This document shows, one piece after another, positions 8,267 to 17,048 of a DNA stretch of 32,000 nucleotides (position 1 is the first letter of the stretch; each line of letters starts with the position of its first letter). The position numbers were made by a program, and so were the translations under genes. The notes under the pieces were generated by a model. It did not search any database. It was not told where the DNA came from and worked only from the letters and a program-made list of their open reading frames with translations. The DNA is from Horticoccus luteus (GTDB lineage: Bacteria; Verrucomicrobiota; Verrucomicrobiia; Opitutales; Opitutaceae), in assembly GCF_019464535.1 (NCBI RefSeq), contig NZ_CP080507.1:450001-482000 (forward strand), written 5' to 3'.

Positions 8267-8776
8267 ATGAACGCCGAACCCGATCCGCTGCCGTATCGCG
8301 ACACGAAGCCGCAGGGCTCGGCGGATTTCTATTTCGCGATCAACGCGACGTTCCGGTTCATCCTCGGGCGGTTGGGCGCGGAGGCGTGGCGGCGTTATCT
8401 GGCGGAGATGGGGCGGGATTATTTCGCGCCGGTGAACGCGGCGTGGCGGCAGGGGGGATTGCGGGCGGTGGCGAGGTATTGGCGGGCGTTTTTCGCGGCG
8501 GAGCCGGGGGCGGTGGTGGAAGTCATCGAGAGCGCCGATCGCGTGGAGATTGTCGTGAAGGAATGTCCCGCGATCAAACACTTGCGGGCGGGGCAGCGGG
8601 AGATCGTGCGCGAGTATTGCCAGCATTGTTATCACTTGGGCGCGGCGCGGGCGGAGACGGCGGGGTTGACGATGCGATTGGCCGGAGGCAACGGCGCGTG
8701 CCGGCACACGTATGCGCCGCCGGGGGTGTTCGTCGCGCCGCAGGAGATGAGCGCGATCGCGGAGGCGACGTCATGA
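8267..8776 (+). CDS. Hypothetical Cys4 protein, paralog A (unknown family)
   Basis: 169 aa, starting 7 nt after the aldolase stop. It is clearly homologous to the next ORF. The conserved pattern is ECP-x17-C-x2-C-x23-C (KECPAIKHL...EYCQHCYHL...GACRH). Confidence 0.7.
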   Translation: MNAEPDPLPYRDTKPQGSADFYFAINATFRFILGRLGAEAWRRYLAEMGRDYFAPVNAAWRQGGLRAVARYWRAFFAAEPGAVVEVIESADRVEIVVKECPAIKHLRAGQREIVREYCQHCYHLGAARAETAGLTMRLAGGNGACRHTYAPPGVFVAPQEMSAIAEATS

Positions 8777-9348
8777 TCGGCTGCTACGATTTTTGCGCGC
8801 ACTACGAGTGGACGTTCGGATGGATCGAGCGGGAAGGCGGGCACGCGTTGGTGCGCGAGTATTGGAACGAGGCGATCAACCACGACAGCCAGCGGCATGC
8901 GCGGGAGTTGATCGCGCGCGAAGGTTTTGCGGGCATGCAAAAATATTGGGGGCACACGCTGCTCGAGGAGTCGCCGAGCCTGGGGTTCAACATCAGCCGC
9001 GGGCCGGAGGTGTTTCGCATCGATTTTCACGACTGTCCGTCGCGGGGTTTTTTGCTGCGCAACGGCGTGAAGAACTACCGGGATTATTGCGATCACTGCA
9101 TGGGCTGGACGGGGCCGATGCTGCGGGAGGCGGGTTATGTGATCGACCATGAGCACAACCATCGCGGGCAGTGCTGGTGGGAAATGCGGCCGGCGAGCGC
9201 GTCGGGTGGACATGCGCCGATCGGATCGGTCGCGGGCGACAAGGATGTGCGGCGCCGGCCGGACTGGGCGCCGCCCGGAGCGACGCTGGATCATTATGTG
9301 AAGGCGTCGGATCCGGACGACAAAGTGCCGAACCCCGAGGCGAAATGA
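8773..9348 (+). CDS. Hypothetical Cys4 protein, paralog B (unknown family)
   Basis: In-frame ATG at 8773 within ORF 8386..9348, in an ATGA overlap with the upstream stop. 191 aa (MIGCYDFCAHYEWTFGW...). It has the same DCP-x17-C-x2-C-x24-C pattern (HDCPSRGFLL...DYCDHCMGW...GQCWW) plus a charged C-terminal tail. Confidence 0.7.
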   Translation: MIGCYDFCAHYEWTFGWIEREGGHALVREYWNEAINHDSQRHARELIAREGFAGMQKYWGHTLLEESPSLGFNISRGPEVFRIDFHDCPSRGFLLRNGVKNYRDYCDHCMGWTGPMLREAGYVIDHEHNHRGQCWWEMRPASASGGHAPIGSVAGDKDVRRRPDWAPPGATLDHYVKASDPDDKVPNPEAK

Positions 9349-9403
9349 AGGCGCGCGAGTGACGCGTTGGCCGATCGGCTGTAACTACGGAGCAAGAAAA
9401 CCA

Positions 9404-10333
9404 ATGATGAAACGATCCGTGTTTCTGGGATGGACGATGCTGGTGTTGTTGAGCGGGGGAATGATGCTGCACGGGCGCGAGGCGAGGGGCGATGACGCGG
9501 CGCTGGAGGCGAAGGCGCGCGCGACGCTGTGGCAGGTCTTTGACACGGAGAAAGACTGGGTGCGCGTGCATGCGGCCGAGGCGTTGATCGCGGCGGGCGA
9601 AGGAGCGAAGGTGCGGACGATTTTTCAACGCGATCTCGGCACGTGGGAGAAAACGCCGGCGCGCATCGGCGCTTACCGCGTGTTGGCGACGTTGGCCGGG
9701 ACGCCGGAAGAGCGGGCGCATTACATCGCGGCGGTGGAGCGCGTTTACCTCGATCCGAAAAATCCGGATCGGCCGCAGGCGGTGGAGACGCTCGGCAAGC
9801 TGGGTTGCGTGCTGACGGGGGCGACGCTCGAGGCCGTGCGCGAACAGGCGAGGCAGGCGGCGCCGGCGGACACGATCATGCCGTGGTGGGCATTGGAGAA
9901 TTCTGGCGATGCCGCGGCGCGCGGGAAATTGGTTGCAGCCCTCGCGAGCGACGGCGCGATGAAGCAGCGGGCGGCGTATGCGCTGCGGTGGTTGCGGTGC
10001 GACGACGCGGGCGTGCGCCGGGCGCTGGCGGCAGCGGCGGCGGCGGTGAAGCCGGGGACATTGCCCTATGCGTTTGTGTTGAGCGCGGCGTTGCGGACGT
10101 GGCCGGACGCGCCGGAAGCACCGATTTGGGGCAAGAAACTGCGCGCGGCATTGGTGGAGGGAGATACGGTGGCGCGGTTTGAGGCGGCGCAGACGCTGCA
10201 ATACGTTCTTCGTCCCCAAGACTTGCAGGACGTGGGGCCGCTTCTTGACGGGAAGGAAGGCGATGATCGGACGGCGGGCGCTTTGGTCATCTTGCGAGTG
10301 CTGAACGAGAAAAGCACGTTCAACGGAATGTAA
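9404..10333 (+). CDS. Exported HEAT-repeat-like protein
   Basis: ATG at 9404 within ORF 9359..10333 gives MMKRSVFLGWTMLVLLSGGMMLHG (signal peptide). Helical repeats resemble HEAT/PBS-lyase repeats (WVRVHAAEALIAAGEG, RPQAVETLGKLG, RAAYALRWL, RFEAAQTLQYVL). Confidence 0.7.
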   Translation: MMKRSVFLGWTMLVLLSGGMMLHGREARGDDAALEAKARATLWQVFDTEKDWVRVHAAEALIAAGEGAKVRTIFQRDLGTWEKTPARIGAYRVLATLAGTPEERAHYIAAVERVYLDPKNPDRPQAVETLGKLGCVLTGATLEAVREQARQAAPADTIMPWWALENSGDAAARGKLVAALASDGAMKQRAAYALRWLRCDDAGVRRALAAAAAAVKPGTLPYAFVLSAALRTWPDAPEAPIWGKKLRAALVEGDTVARFEAAQTLQYVLRPQDLQDVGPLLDGKEGDDRTAGALVILRVLNEKSTFNGM

Positions 10334-10511
10334 GTAGCTGTAAAGAAGCGGGTAAACTTACTTGGTTTCGGCCGCCGCGCCCGTGGGAGACGCAGACCTT
10401 TGGGGCCGGCAAACACGGCGAGAAGAAAATCTTCACGACTTCTTTACCCCGAGATTCCTTGCTAATCTGGGGTGAATACCTCATGGTGACAGGCTACACA
10501 TATTACATCCC

Positions 10512-13500
10512 TTGGCATCATGGGCTTCCAACATCACCGGGTTTGCCCTGCGTTGCAGCAGACGGGCCTTTGCCGTGGGGGTGTTGGTCGGATCGAGTTT
10601 AACGGCACAAGTGGTCTGGGATGGTGGGGCGGGGACGGGCAACTGGTCGGATGCCACGAATTGGAGCACGAATCTCCTGCCGCCGAACGGCTCGGCGATT
10701 CAGTTCGATGGGGCGTTGCAGACCACAGTTAACACGCAAGCGGACCGAAACATCGGCACCTTGACGTTTAACGCAGGGGCGAGCGCTTTCACGCTCAACA
10801 ATAACACGCTGACGCTGGCGACGACGTCCGGTGCGGTGTTGGTCAACAATTCGAGCGCGCTGCAGACGATCAACAGCAACCTGCAGAACTCCGGCACCGT
10901 GACGTATTCGTCGGCCGCGGGCGCGCTGTTGTTCGGAGGCAATATCGCGATCAGCAACAGCGCTTCGAGCAGGACCCTGACGTTTCTTGCGACCAACAAC
11001 ATCACGGTCAGTGGCGTCATCGCCAACGGCAGCACCGCCACGGCGGCGAAAGTCACGAAGACCGGCGCGGGCACGTTGACGCTATCCGGTGCGAATACTT
11101 ATGCCGGGGCGACGACGCTGAGCGCGGGAACCTTGCGGGCGACCACCAGTGCGGCGGCGCTCGGCGCAGGCACGCTGAGCTTGACTGCGGGCACGCTGCA
11201 ACTCGCCAACGATACAGGGCTGAATTTCGGGCGCGACACCACGCTGACGGGCAACACCACGATCCAGTCGGACCGGTTGACGGCGGGAGCAGGCGTCACG
11301 CACACGCTCGGCGCACTGACGACAGGTTCGAAAGTGCTGACGTTGTCCGCTGGCAGCAACGTAGCGTCGGGCACGGCGGGACTGACGTTTGGAGCCACGA
11401 ATGTGACCGGCAATGCGGGCTTCACGACGGGCGCCGGCACGTTACTGACGCTCGGGGCACTCAATGCGACGGTGGCCCGCACCCTCACCAAGCGAGGCGA
11501 TGGCACGTTACTGCTCAATGCGGCGTCGACGAACTGGGTCACAAACAGCGCGCTCACTGTTTACGGCGGGACGGTGAAATTGGGCGCGAGCAATGTTTTC
11601 GGGACGACGGCGCTGACGAAAATCACAGTCAACGCCAACGTCGCAGGCACGACGGCGGTGTTCGATCTCAACAATTTCGACCAATCGATCCTGACGCTCA
11701 CGTTGGGTGGCACAGGTGGCACTTCCACCTCGAGCAGCAATGTGAAGACGGGCACCGGCACGCTCACGCTCGGCGGCACCGTCACGTATAGTGCGACCGG
11801 AAACCCGTTGGGCTCCTTCATTTCGGGCAAACTTTCGCTGGGCGCAGCCGACCGGACCTTTAATATCGGCGACAGCACCACCGCGGCGGATGACTTGACT
11901 GTTTCCGCCGTGATCTCCGGCGGGGCGGGCGTGGGTTTGATTAAGTCGGGTGCGGGCAGTCTCGTGCTCACCGGCAACAACACCTACACGGGTGCGACGT
12001 CGATTGCGGGCGGAATTCTTTCCACGAATTCGCTCGCGAATGTGGGCGTCAGCTCCGGCTTGGGCGCACCGACCACGGTGGCCAACGGCACGATCAACAT
12101 CGGTTCGACGTCGACGGCGGGGACGCTGCTTTACACCGGCGGGACGACCAGCACCGATCGCGTCGTGGCGATGGCCGGGACGACAGGCGGGGCTACACTG
12201 CGAAACGACGGCCCGGGCACCCTCACGTTCACGAGCGATATTGCGGCTACGGGCTTGGGTGCCAAGACGCTGACCCTACGCGGTGCGAATACCGGCGCGA
12301 ATACAATTGCCGGCGCGATCCCTGACAGCACCGGCTTCAAAACTTCGCTTCTTAAAGCGGACGGCGGCACGTGGGTCATCGCGGGCAACAACACTTACAC
12401 GGGCACCACGACGGTCAACAACGGCACCTTGCGCCTGGGTTCGTCGAACTCGCTCGCGAACAGCGTCGTGACGGTGAACTCGAACGTGGCCGGTGCGACG
12501 GCTTTGCTCGATCTCAATGGCTTCAACGCCACGGTCACGGGCCTCACGCTGGGTGGCACGGGCGGCACGGCGACGTCGACGAGCAATGTGGCGACGGGCA
12601 GCGGCACGCTCACGCTCGGGGGCAATGTTACTTTTACCGCCACCGGCAACCCGCTTGGTTCGACGATTTCGGGCAACTTGGCGTTGGGGACCGTGACCCG
12701 CACTTTCTCGGTGGCGGACTCACTCAGCGCGGCAGACGATTTGACCGTGTCAGCCGCGATCAGCGGCACGGGCGGATTGACCAAAACCGGGTCGGGCACG
12801 CTCGCGCTTTCGGGAGCCAACACTTATAGCGGCACGACGTCGGTGTCGGCCGGCACGTTGGCGGCCGGGGCCGCGAATGCATTTTCCGCGAACAGTGCGT
12901 TGAGCGTGTCGCCCAGCATGACGGTCGATCTGCGCGGCTTCGATCAAACGGTCGGCTCGTTAGCGAGCAGCGCAGGCGCCGCCCTCGCGTTGGGGTCAGG
13001 AACGCTGACATCGGGCGGAAACAATTCCTCGACGACCTTTGCGGGCGTGGCGAGTGGCACCGGTGGGTTGACCAAAGTCGGCACGGGCACGCTGACGCTG
13101 AGCGGGGTCAATACTTACACGGGCACGACCACCGTGAATGGAGGCGCGATCACCTTGGGCGGCAGCAATCTTTTGGACCCGTCGTCGGACTTAAACGTGG
13201 GCAGCGGGGGCACGTTTAATCTTTCGTCCTATAATCAGACCATCGGGGCCTTGTCGGGCGCGGCCGGCGGCACGATTACCACCAAGGTCACGTCGGGCGG
13301 CGGCACGCTGACGGTCGGCGATGCCACCAATAGCACGTATGCCGGCGTGATCACGGGCAGCGGTTCGCTGATCAAGACCGATACAGGCACGCTTACGTTG
13401 ACGGGCAGCAACAGCCTCTCGGGGTCGTTGACGGTGGATGACGGCACGCTGGTCCTTTCGGGCGGCGGCACGTTGGCCAGCATGCCGAGCGTCGTCGTTT

Positions 13501-16500
13501 CGGACGGTGCCACGCTGAAACTCGACAATAGCGGCACCAGCCATTCCGACCGTTTGAGCGATACCGCCGCGATCGCCCTCAACGGTGGCACGCTTAATTT
13601 CACCACGAACCTCGCCGGCACGTCAGAGACACTGGGCGCCCTTAGTGCAGGCGCGGGCATTTCCACTGTGTTGGTCGCGCAAACGGGAGCCGGCGCGGGG
13701 ATACTCACGTTTTCCGGACTGGGCACGATCGACGATTCGGCGACCGTGAACTTTACGGCGACGGGCGGCACGCTCGGCGCGAGTGCGAGTGGCCCCCAAA
13801 TTTATATCACCGGTCTGAGCACGGGCTTTATTGGTGGGTGGGCCGTCGTGGGCAGCGACTTCGCCGAATACGATGCTTACGGCGTGCGCGCTTTGACCGG
13901 CTATTACACCGGCAGCGATGGCATCAATGTGAACAGCACTGCGGCCAATGTCATTCTCGCGAGCTCGTCGCCTTTGACCGGCTTCACGCTGACGAATGCC
14001 GGCACGACGAAGGACCAGTCGCTGCTGTTGACCGATGTTGACCTCGTGGATCTTAACACCTCGGCGAGCCGGGCGCTGAATCTCACTTCGGGCGGCCTCC
14101 TCAAGACGACGGATACCGACACGGTGATTTCGGGCGCGGGCCGGCTGACGGCGGGCAATACGGCTGCGGGCACGCTCTCCGTCACCGTGCAATCCACGGG
14201 CAAGCTGACGATCGACTCCGTCATCGTGAACAACGCCGGCACGGATGGCATCTACGGCAATGCCGGGGATGGGGTCGTGAAAGTCGTCAAAGCGGGCGCC
14301 GGCGAATTGATCCTGACGGCCGCAAACACGCACACGGGCGGCACCCAGCTCGACGCCGGCACGTTGACCGTGGGCAACGATGCGGCGCTGGGCACCGGCG
14401 CCATCACGCTCAACGCCGGCACCCTGCAAACCTCCGGTGGCGCGCGCACGTTGACCAATAGCCTGACCCTTGGCGGGAACGTGACGCTCAGCGGCGCCGA
14501 CAGCTTCTCGTTTTCGGGTCCGGCCACGCTGACCGGCACGCGCACGTTGACGGTGAATACGGATACGACGCTCAGCGGCGCAATCGGTGAAACGGGTGGC
14601 GCGCGCGGGCTCACGAAGGCGGGCACCTCGACGCTCACGCTTTCCGGCGCGGCAGCCAACACCTACACCGGCACGACCACGGTCAACGCCGGCACGCTGC
14701 TGCTCAACAAATCCTCCGGCAACGCCATCGCGGGCAACCTGGTCGTGGGCGACGGCATCGGCACCGACACCGTGCGGTTGCTCGCCTCCAACCAAATCGC
14801 CGATTCAGCCAACATCACCGTCAACGCGAGCGGCGTGCTGGATCTCAACAATTATAGCGACACCGTCGCCGCGCTCACCGTGGCCGGCGGCGCGGCCATC
14901 ACGACGGGCACCGGCACGCTCACCCTCGGCGGCAACGTCACGCACACGGGGACCGGCAGCACAGCGGCGACGATCAGCGGTAATCTCGCGCTCGGCGCGA
15001 CGACGCGCACGATCACCGTCGGCGACAGTGCGGCGGCGGACGACTTGTCGATCTCGGCCAACATCAGCGGCAGCGGTGGCCTGACGAAAGCCGGCGCGGG
15101 CACGCTCGTCTTGGGCGGCACCAATACGTTCACCGGCCCCATGACGGTGAATGCGGGCACCGTGCGCACGGATGCGGTTAACGCGTTGGGCACGGGTTCG
15201 GCCCTGACGGTCGCGGCCGGGGCGACGTTGGACCTGAACAATTACAATCAAACCGTGGGATCACTGGCCGCCTCCGGCACGATCGCCCTCGGCTCCGCCA
15301 CGCTGACTGCCGGCGGAGATAACAGCAGCACCACGGTGGACGGCGTGATCAGCGGCAGCGGCGGGCTGACCAAGACCGGCACGGGCACGCTTTCATTGAT
15401 GTCGGCCAACACCTATACGGGCGCGACGACGATCAACAGCGGCACCGTGCATGTGGAAAACAACACCGCGCTCGGCACCGCGGCGGGCGGGACGACCGTC
15501 GCGAGCGGCGCGATGTTGGAACTGGCGAACAGCGTCAACCTCGGCACCGAGGCGCTGACGCTGGGCGGCAACGGAGTGGGCAGCGGCGGCGCCTTGCGCA
15601 GTTTGAGCGGCGACAACGTGGCCAACGGGGCGATCACGCTCACGAGCGCCACGACGATCAGCACCGTTGCCGGCACGTTGGGCTTGGGCGGAGCGCTGAA
15701 TACGGCGGGCAACGCGCTGACTTTCGCGAGCACGGGCGATACGGCGGAGAGCGGCGTCATCAGTGGAGCCGGTTCCGTGACGAAGACGGGGGCCGGCGAT
15801 CTCGCGCTCTCGGGGGCGAACACTTACAGTGGCACGACGACGATTGCGGCCGGCTCGCTGACGGTGACAAATTCCAACGCGCTCGGCACGACGGCGGGCG
15901 GCACGGTCGTCGCGAGCGGAGCGGTGTTGAACTTGAACGGTGGCGTGAACATCGGCGCGGAAGCGCTGACGTTGTCCGGCACGGGTATCAGCAACAGCGG
16001 CGCGCTGCAGAGCATCTCGGGCGACAATGTTTATGGCGGCGCGATCACCTTGGGCGCGGCGACGCGCATCGTCACCGCGGCCGATACGCTCACGCTCAGT
16101 GGGGCGATCGACAACGGCGGGAAGGCGCTCACGATTTTCAGCACGGGCGACACGACGATCAGCGGCAGCATGAGCGGGGCCGGATCGTTGGTGAAAACCG
16201 GCGCGGGCGATCTCGTGCTCTCCGGGGCCAATTCTTACAGCGGAGTGACGACGATCACGACCGGCACGCTGCAGGCCGCCAGCAGCACCGCGCTGGGTTC
16301 CACCGCTGGCGGCACAACGGTCGCGAGCGGCGCAACCCTTGAGCTGGCGGGCGGAATCACGATTGGGGCGGAAGCGTTGACGCTGGCGGGGACGGGTTAC
16401 GGGAGCGGAGCGCTGGTGAACGTCTCGGGTAACAACAGCTTTGGCGGAGCCATCACGTTGGGCGCCAACACCACGATCGGCAGCGCCGACGGGCAGCTCA

Positions 16501-17048
16501 CGCTCAACGGCAGCGGCATCAATCTCGGGGGCAAAACGCTCACCTTCGATGGCGACGGGGATTTCTCGCTGCAAACCTCGCTCGGCGCGGCGGGTGGCTT
16601 CACGAAAACAGGCGCGGGCACGCTCTCGCTGGATTCGGTGTTGAGCACGACCGGCACCGTGGTTCTCGCGGGCGGCACGCTCGATTTGGGCGGGCTCGCC
16701 CAGACGATCGGCACGTTGCAGGTGACGGGGAATTCGATCCTGGATTTCAGCGGCGTTTCCCGACTCAACCTGACGAGCCTTTCCATTTCGTCGGGCGTGA
16801 CGCTGAGCATCGTGAATTGGTCGGACATGGTGGACTTTTTCTACGCCACGAATAATCCCGGCTCCACGGTGCTTGGCCGTGTGGAGTTCGCGACGTTTTC
16901 TCCGACCAACACGAAGTGGCTGAGCTACGACCAGCAGATTTCGCCGGTGCCGGAGCCCTCGACCTACGGCGCGGTGTTCATGGGTTTGGTGCTCGGCTGG
17001 ATCGGCTGGCGCCGGTTGCGAGCGGTATCGCGTTCGAAGAAGGCGTAA
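10512..17048 (+). CDS. Giant surface protein: autotransporter-associated beta-strand (PATR) repeat protein with a C-terminal PEP-CTERM sorting signal
   Basis: 2178 aa. There is an in-frame stop at 10473 and the first start is TTG at 10512. The N-terminus RCSRRAFAVGVLVGSSLTAQ is signal-like and is followed by VVWDGGAGTGNWSDATNWS. At least eleven G-x-NTY(T/S)G-x-T-x-(V/I)-x-x-G-(T/S)-L PATR-type units are present. The C-terminus is PVPEPSTYGAVFMGLVLGWIGWRRLR. Confidence 0.9.
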   Translation: MASWASNITGFALRCSRRAFAVGVLVGSSLTAQVVWDGGAGTGNWSDATNWSTNLLPPNGSAIQFDGALQTTVNTQADRNIGTLTFNAGASAFTLNNNTLTLATTSGAVLVNNSSALQTINSNLQNSGTVTYSSAAGALLFGGNIAISNSASSRTLTFLATNNITVSGVIANGSTATAAKVTKTGAGTLTLSGANTYAGATTLSAGTLRATTSAAALGAGTLSLTAGTLQLANDTGLNFGRDTTLTGNTTIQSDRLTAGAGVTHTLGALTTGSKVLTLSAGSNVASGTAGLTFGATNVTGNAGFTTGAGTLLTLGALNATVARTLTKRGDGTLLLNAASTNWVTNSALTVYGGTVKLGASNVFGTTALTKITVNANVAGTTAVFDLNNFDQSILTLTLGGTGGTSTSSSNVKTGTGTLTLGGTVTYSATGNPLGSFISGKLSLGAADRTFNIGDSTTAADDLTVSAVISGGAGVGLIKSGAGSLVLTGNNTYTGATSIAGGILSTNSLANVGVSSGLGAPTTVANGTINIGSTSTAGTLLYTGGTTSTDRVVAMAGTTGGATLRNDGPGTLTFTSDIAATGLGAKTLTLRGANTGANTIAGAIPDSTGFKTSLLKADGGTWVIAGNNTYTGTTTVNNGTLRLGSSNSLANSVVTVNSNVAGATALLDLNGFNATVTGLTLGGTGGTATSTSNVATGSGTLTLGGNVTFTATGNPLGSTISGNLALGTVTRTFSVADSLSAADDLTVSAAISGTGGLTKTGSGTLALSGANTYSGTTSVSAGTLAAGAANAFSANSALSVSPSMTVDLRGFDQTVGSLASSAGAALALGSGTLTSGGNNSSTTFAGVASGTGGLTKVGTGTLTLSGVNTYTGTTTVNGGAITLGGSNLLDPSSDLNVGSGGTFNLSSYNQTIGALSGAAGGTITTKVTSGGGTLTVGDATNSTYAGVITGSGSLIKTDTGTLTLTGSNSLSGSLTVDDGTLVLSGGGTLASMPSVVVSDGATLKLDNSGTSHSDRLSDTAAIALNGGTLNFTTNLAGTSETLGALSAGAGISTVLVAQTGAGAGILTFSGLGTIDDSATVNFTATGGTLGASASGPQIYITGLSTGFIGGWAVVGSDFAEYDAYGVRALTGYYTGSDGINVNSTAANVILASSSPLTGFTLTNAGTTKDQSLLLTDVDLVDLNTSASRALNLTSGGLLKTTDTDTVISGAGRLTAGNTAAGTLSVTVQSTGKLTIDSVIVNNAGTDGIYGNAGDGVVKVVKAGAGELILTAANTHTGGTQLDAGTLTVGNDAALGTGAITLNAGTLQTSGGARTLTNSLTLGGNVTLSGADSFSFSGPATLTGTRTLTVNTDTTLSGAIGETGGARGLTKAGTSTLTLSGAAANTYTGTTTVNAGTLLLNKSSGNAIAGNLVVGDGIGTDTVRLLASNQIADSANITVNASGVLDLNNYSDTVAALTVAGGAAITTGTGTLTLGGNVTHTGTGSTAATISGNLALGATTRTITVGDSAAADDLSISANISGSGGLTKAGAGTLVLGGTNTFTGPMTVNAGTVRTDAVNALGTGSALTVAAGATLDLNNYNQTVGSLAASGTIALGSATLTAGGDNSSTTVDGVISGSGGLTKTGTGTLSLMSANTYTGATTINSGTVHVENNTALGTAAGGTTVASGAMLELANSVNLGTEALTLGGNGVGSGGALRSLSGDNVANGAITLTSATTISTVAGTLGLGGALNTAGNALTFASTGDTAESGVISGAGSVTKTGAGDLALSGANTYSGTTTIAAGSLTVTNSNALGTTAGGTVVASGAVLNLNGGVNIGAEALTLSGTGISNSGALQSISGDNVYGGAITLGAATRIVTAADTLTLSGAIDNGGKALTIFSTGDTTISGSMSGAGSLVKTGAGDLVLSGANSYSGVTTITTGTLQAASSTALGSTAGGTTVASGATLELAGGITIGAEALTLAGTGYGSGALVNVSGNNSFGGAITLGANTTIGSADGQLTLNGSGINLGGKTLTFDGDGDFSLQTSLGAAGGFTKTGAGTLSLDSVLSTTGTVVLAGGTLDLGGLAQTIGTLQVTGNSILDFSGVSRLNLTSLSISSGVTLSIVNWSDMVDFFYATNNPGSTVLGRVEFATFSPTNTKWLSYDQQISPVPEPSTYGAVFMGLVLGWIGWRRLRAVSRSKKA
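15360..16592 (+). repeat. Three in-frame tandem repeats of about 411 bp (137 aa) inside the giant gene
   Basis: Units begin at 15360 (GGLTKTGTGTLSL...), 15771 (GSVTKTGAGDLAL...) and 16182 (GSLVKTGAGDLVL...). They are collinear, sharing ANTYSG-TTI--G-L...ALG-TAGGT-VASGA-L-L...G-EALTL-G-G...GAL-S-SGDN--GGAITL. The copies are diverged at the DNA level, not identical. Confidence 0.8.
16947..17045 (+). other. PEP-CTERM sorting domain coding segment
   Basis: VPEPSTYGAVFMGLVLGWIGWRRLRAVSRSKKA has a PEP motif, a hydrophobic helix and a basic tail. This is the canonical exosortase-dependent anchor layout. Confidence 0.8.

Noticed and set aside
8993-10219. 408-aa minus-strand ORF
   Set aside because: It is antisense to the paralog-B and HEAT-like genes, with an Arg/Pro/His-rich low-complexity translation.
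10512-17048. Periodic repeats, considered as a possible CRISPR array or satellite
   Set aside because: All repeats are in frame within one ORF. They are diverged, of protein-module length (about 270 to 411 bp), and lack any short-repeat/unique-spacer organisation.
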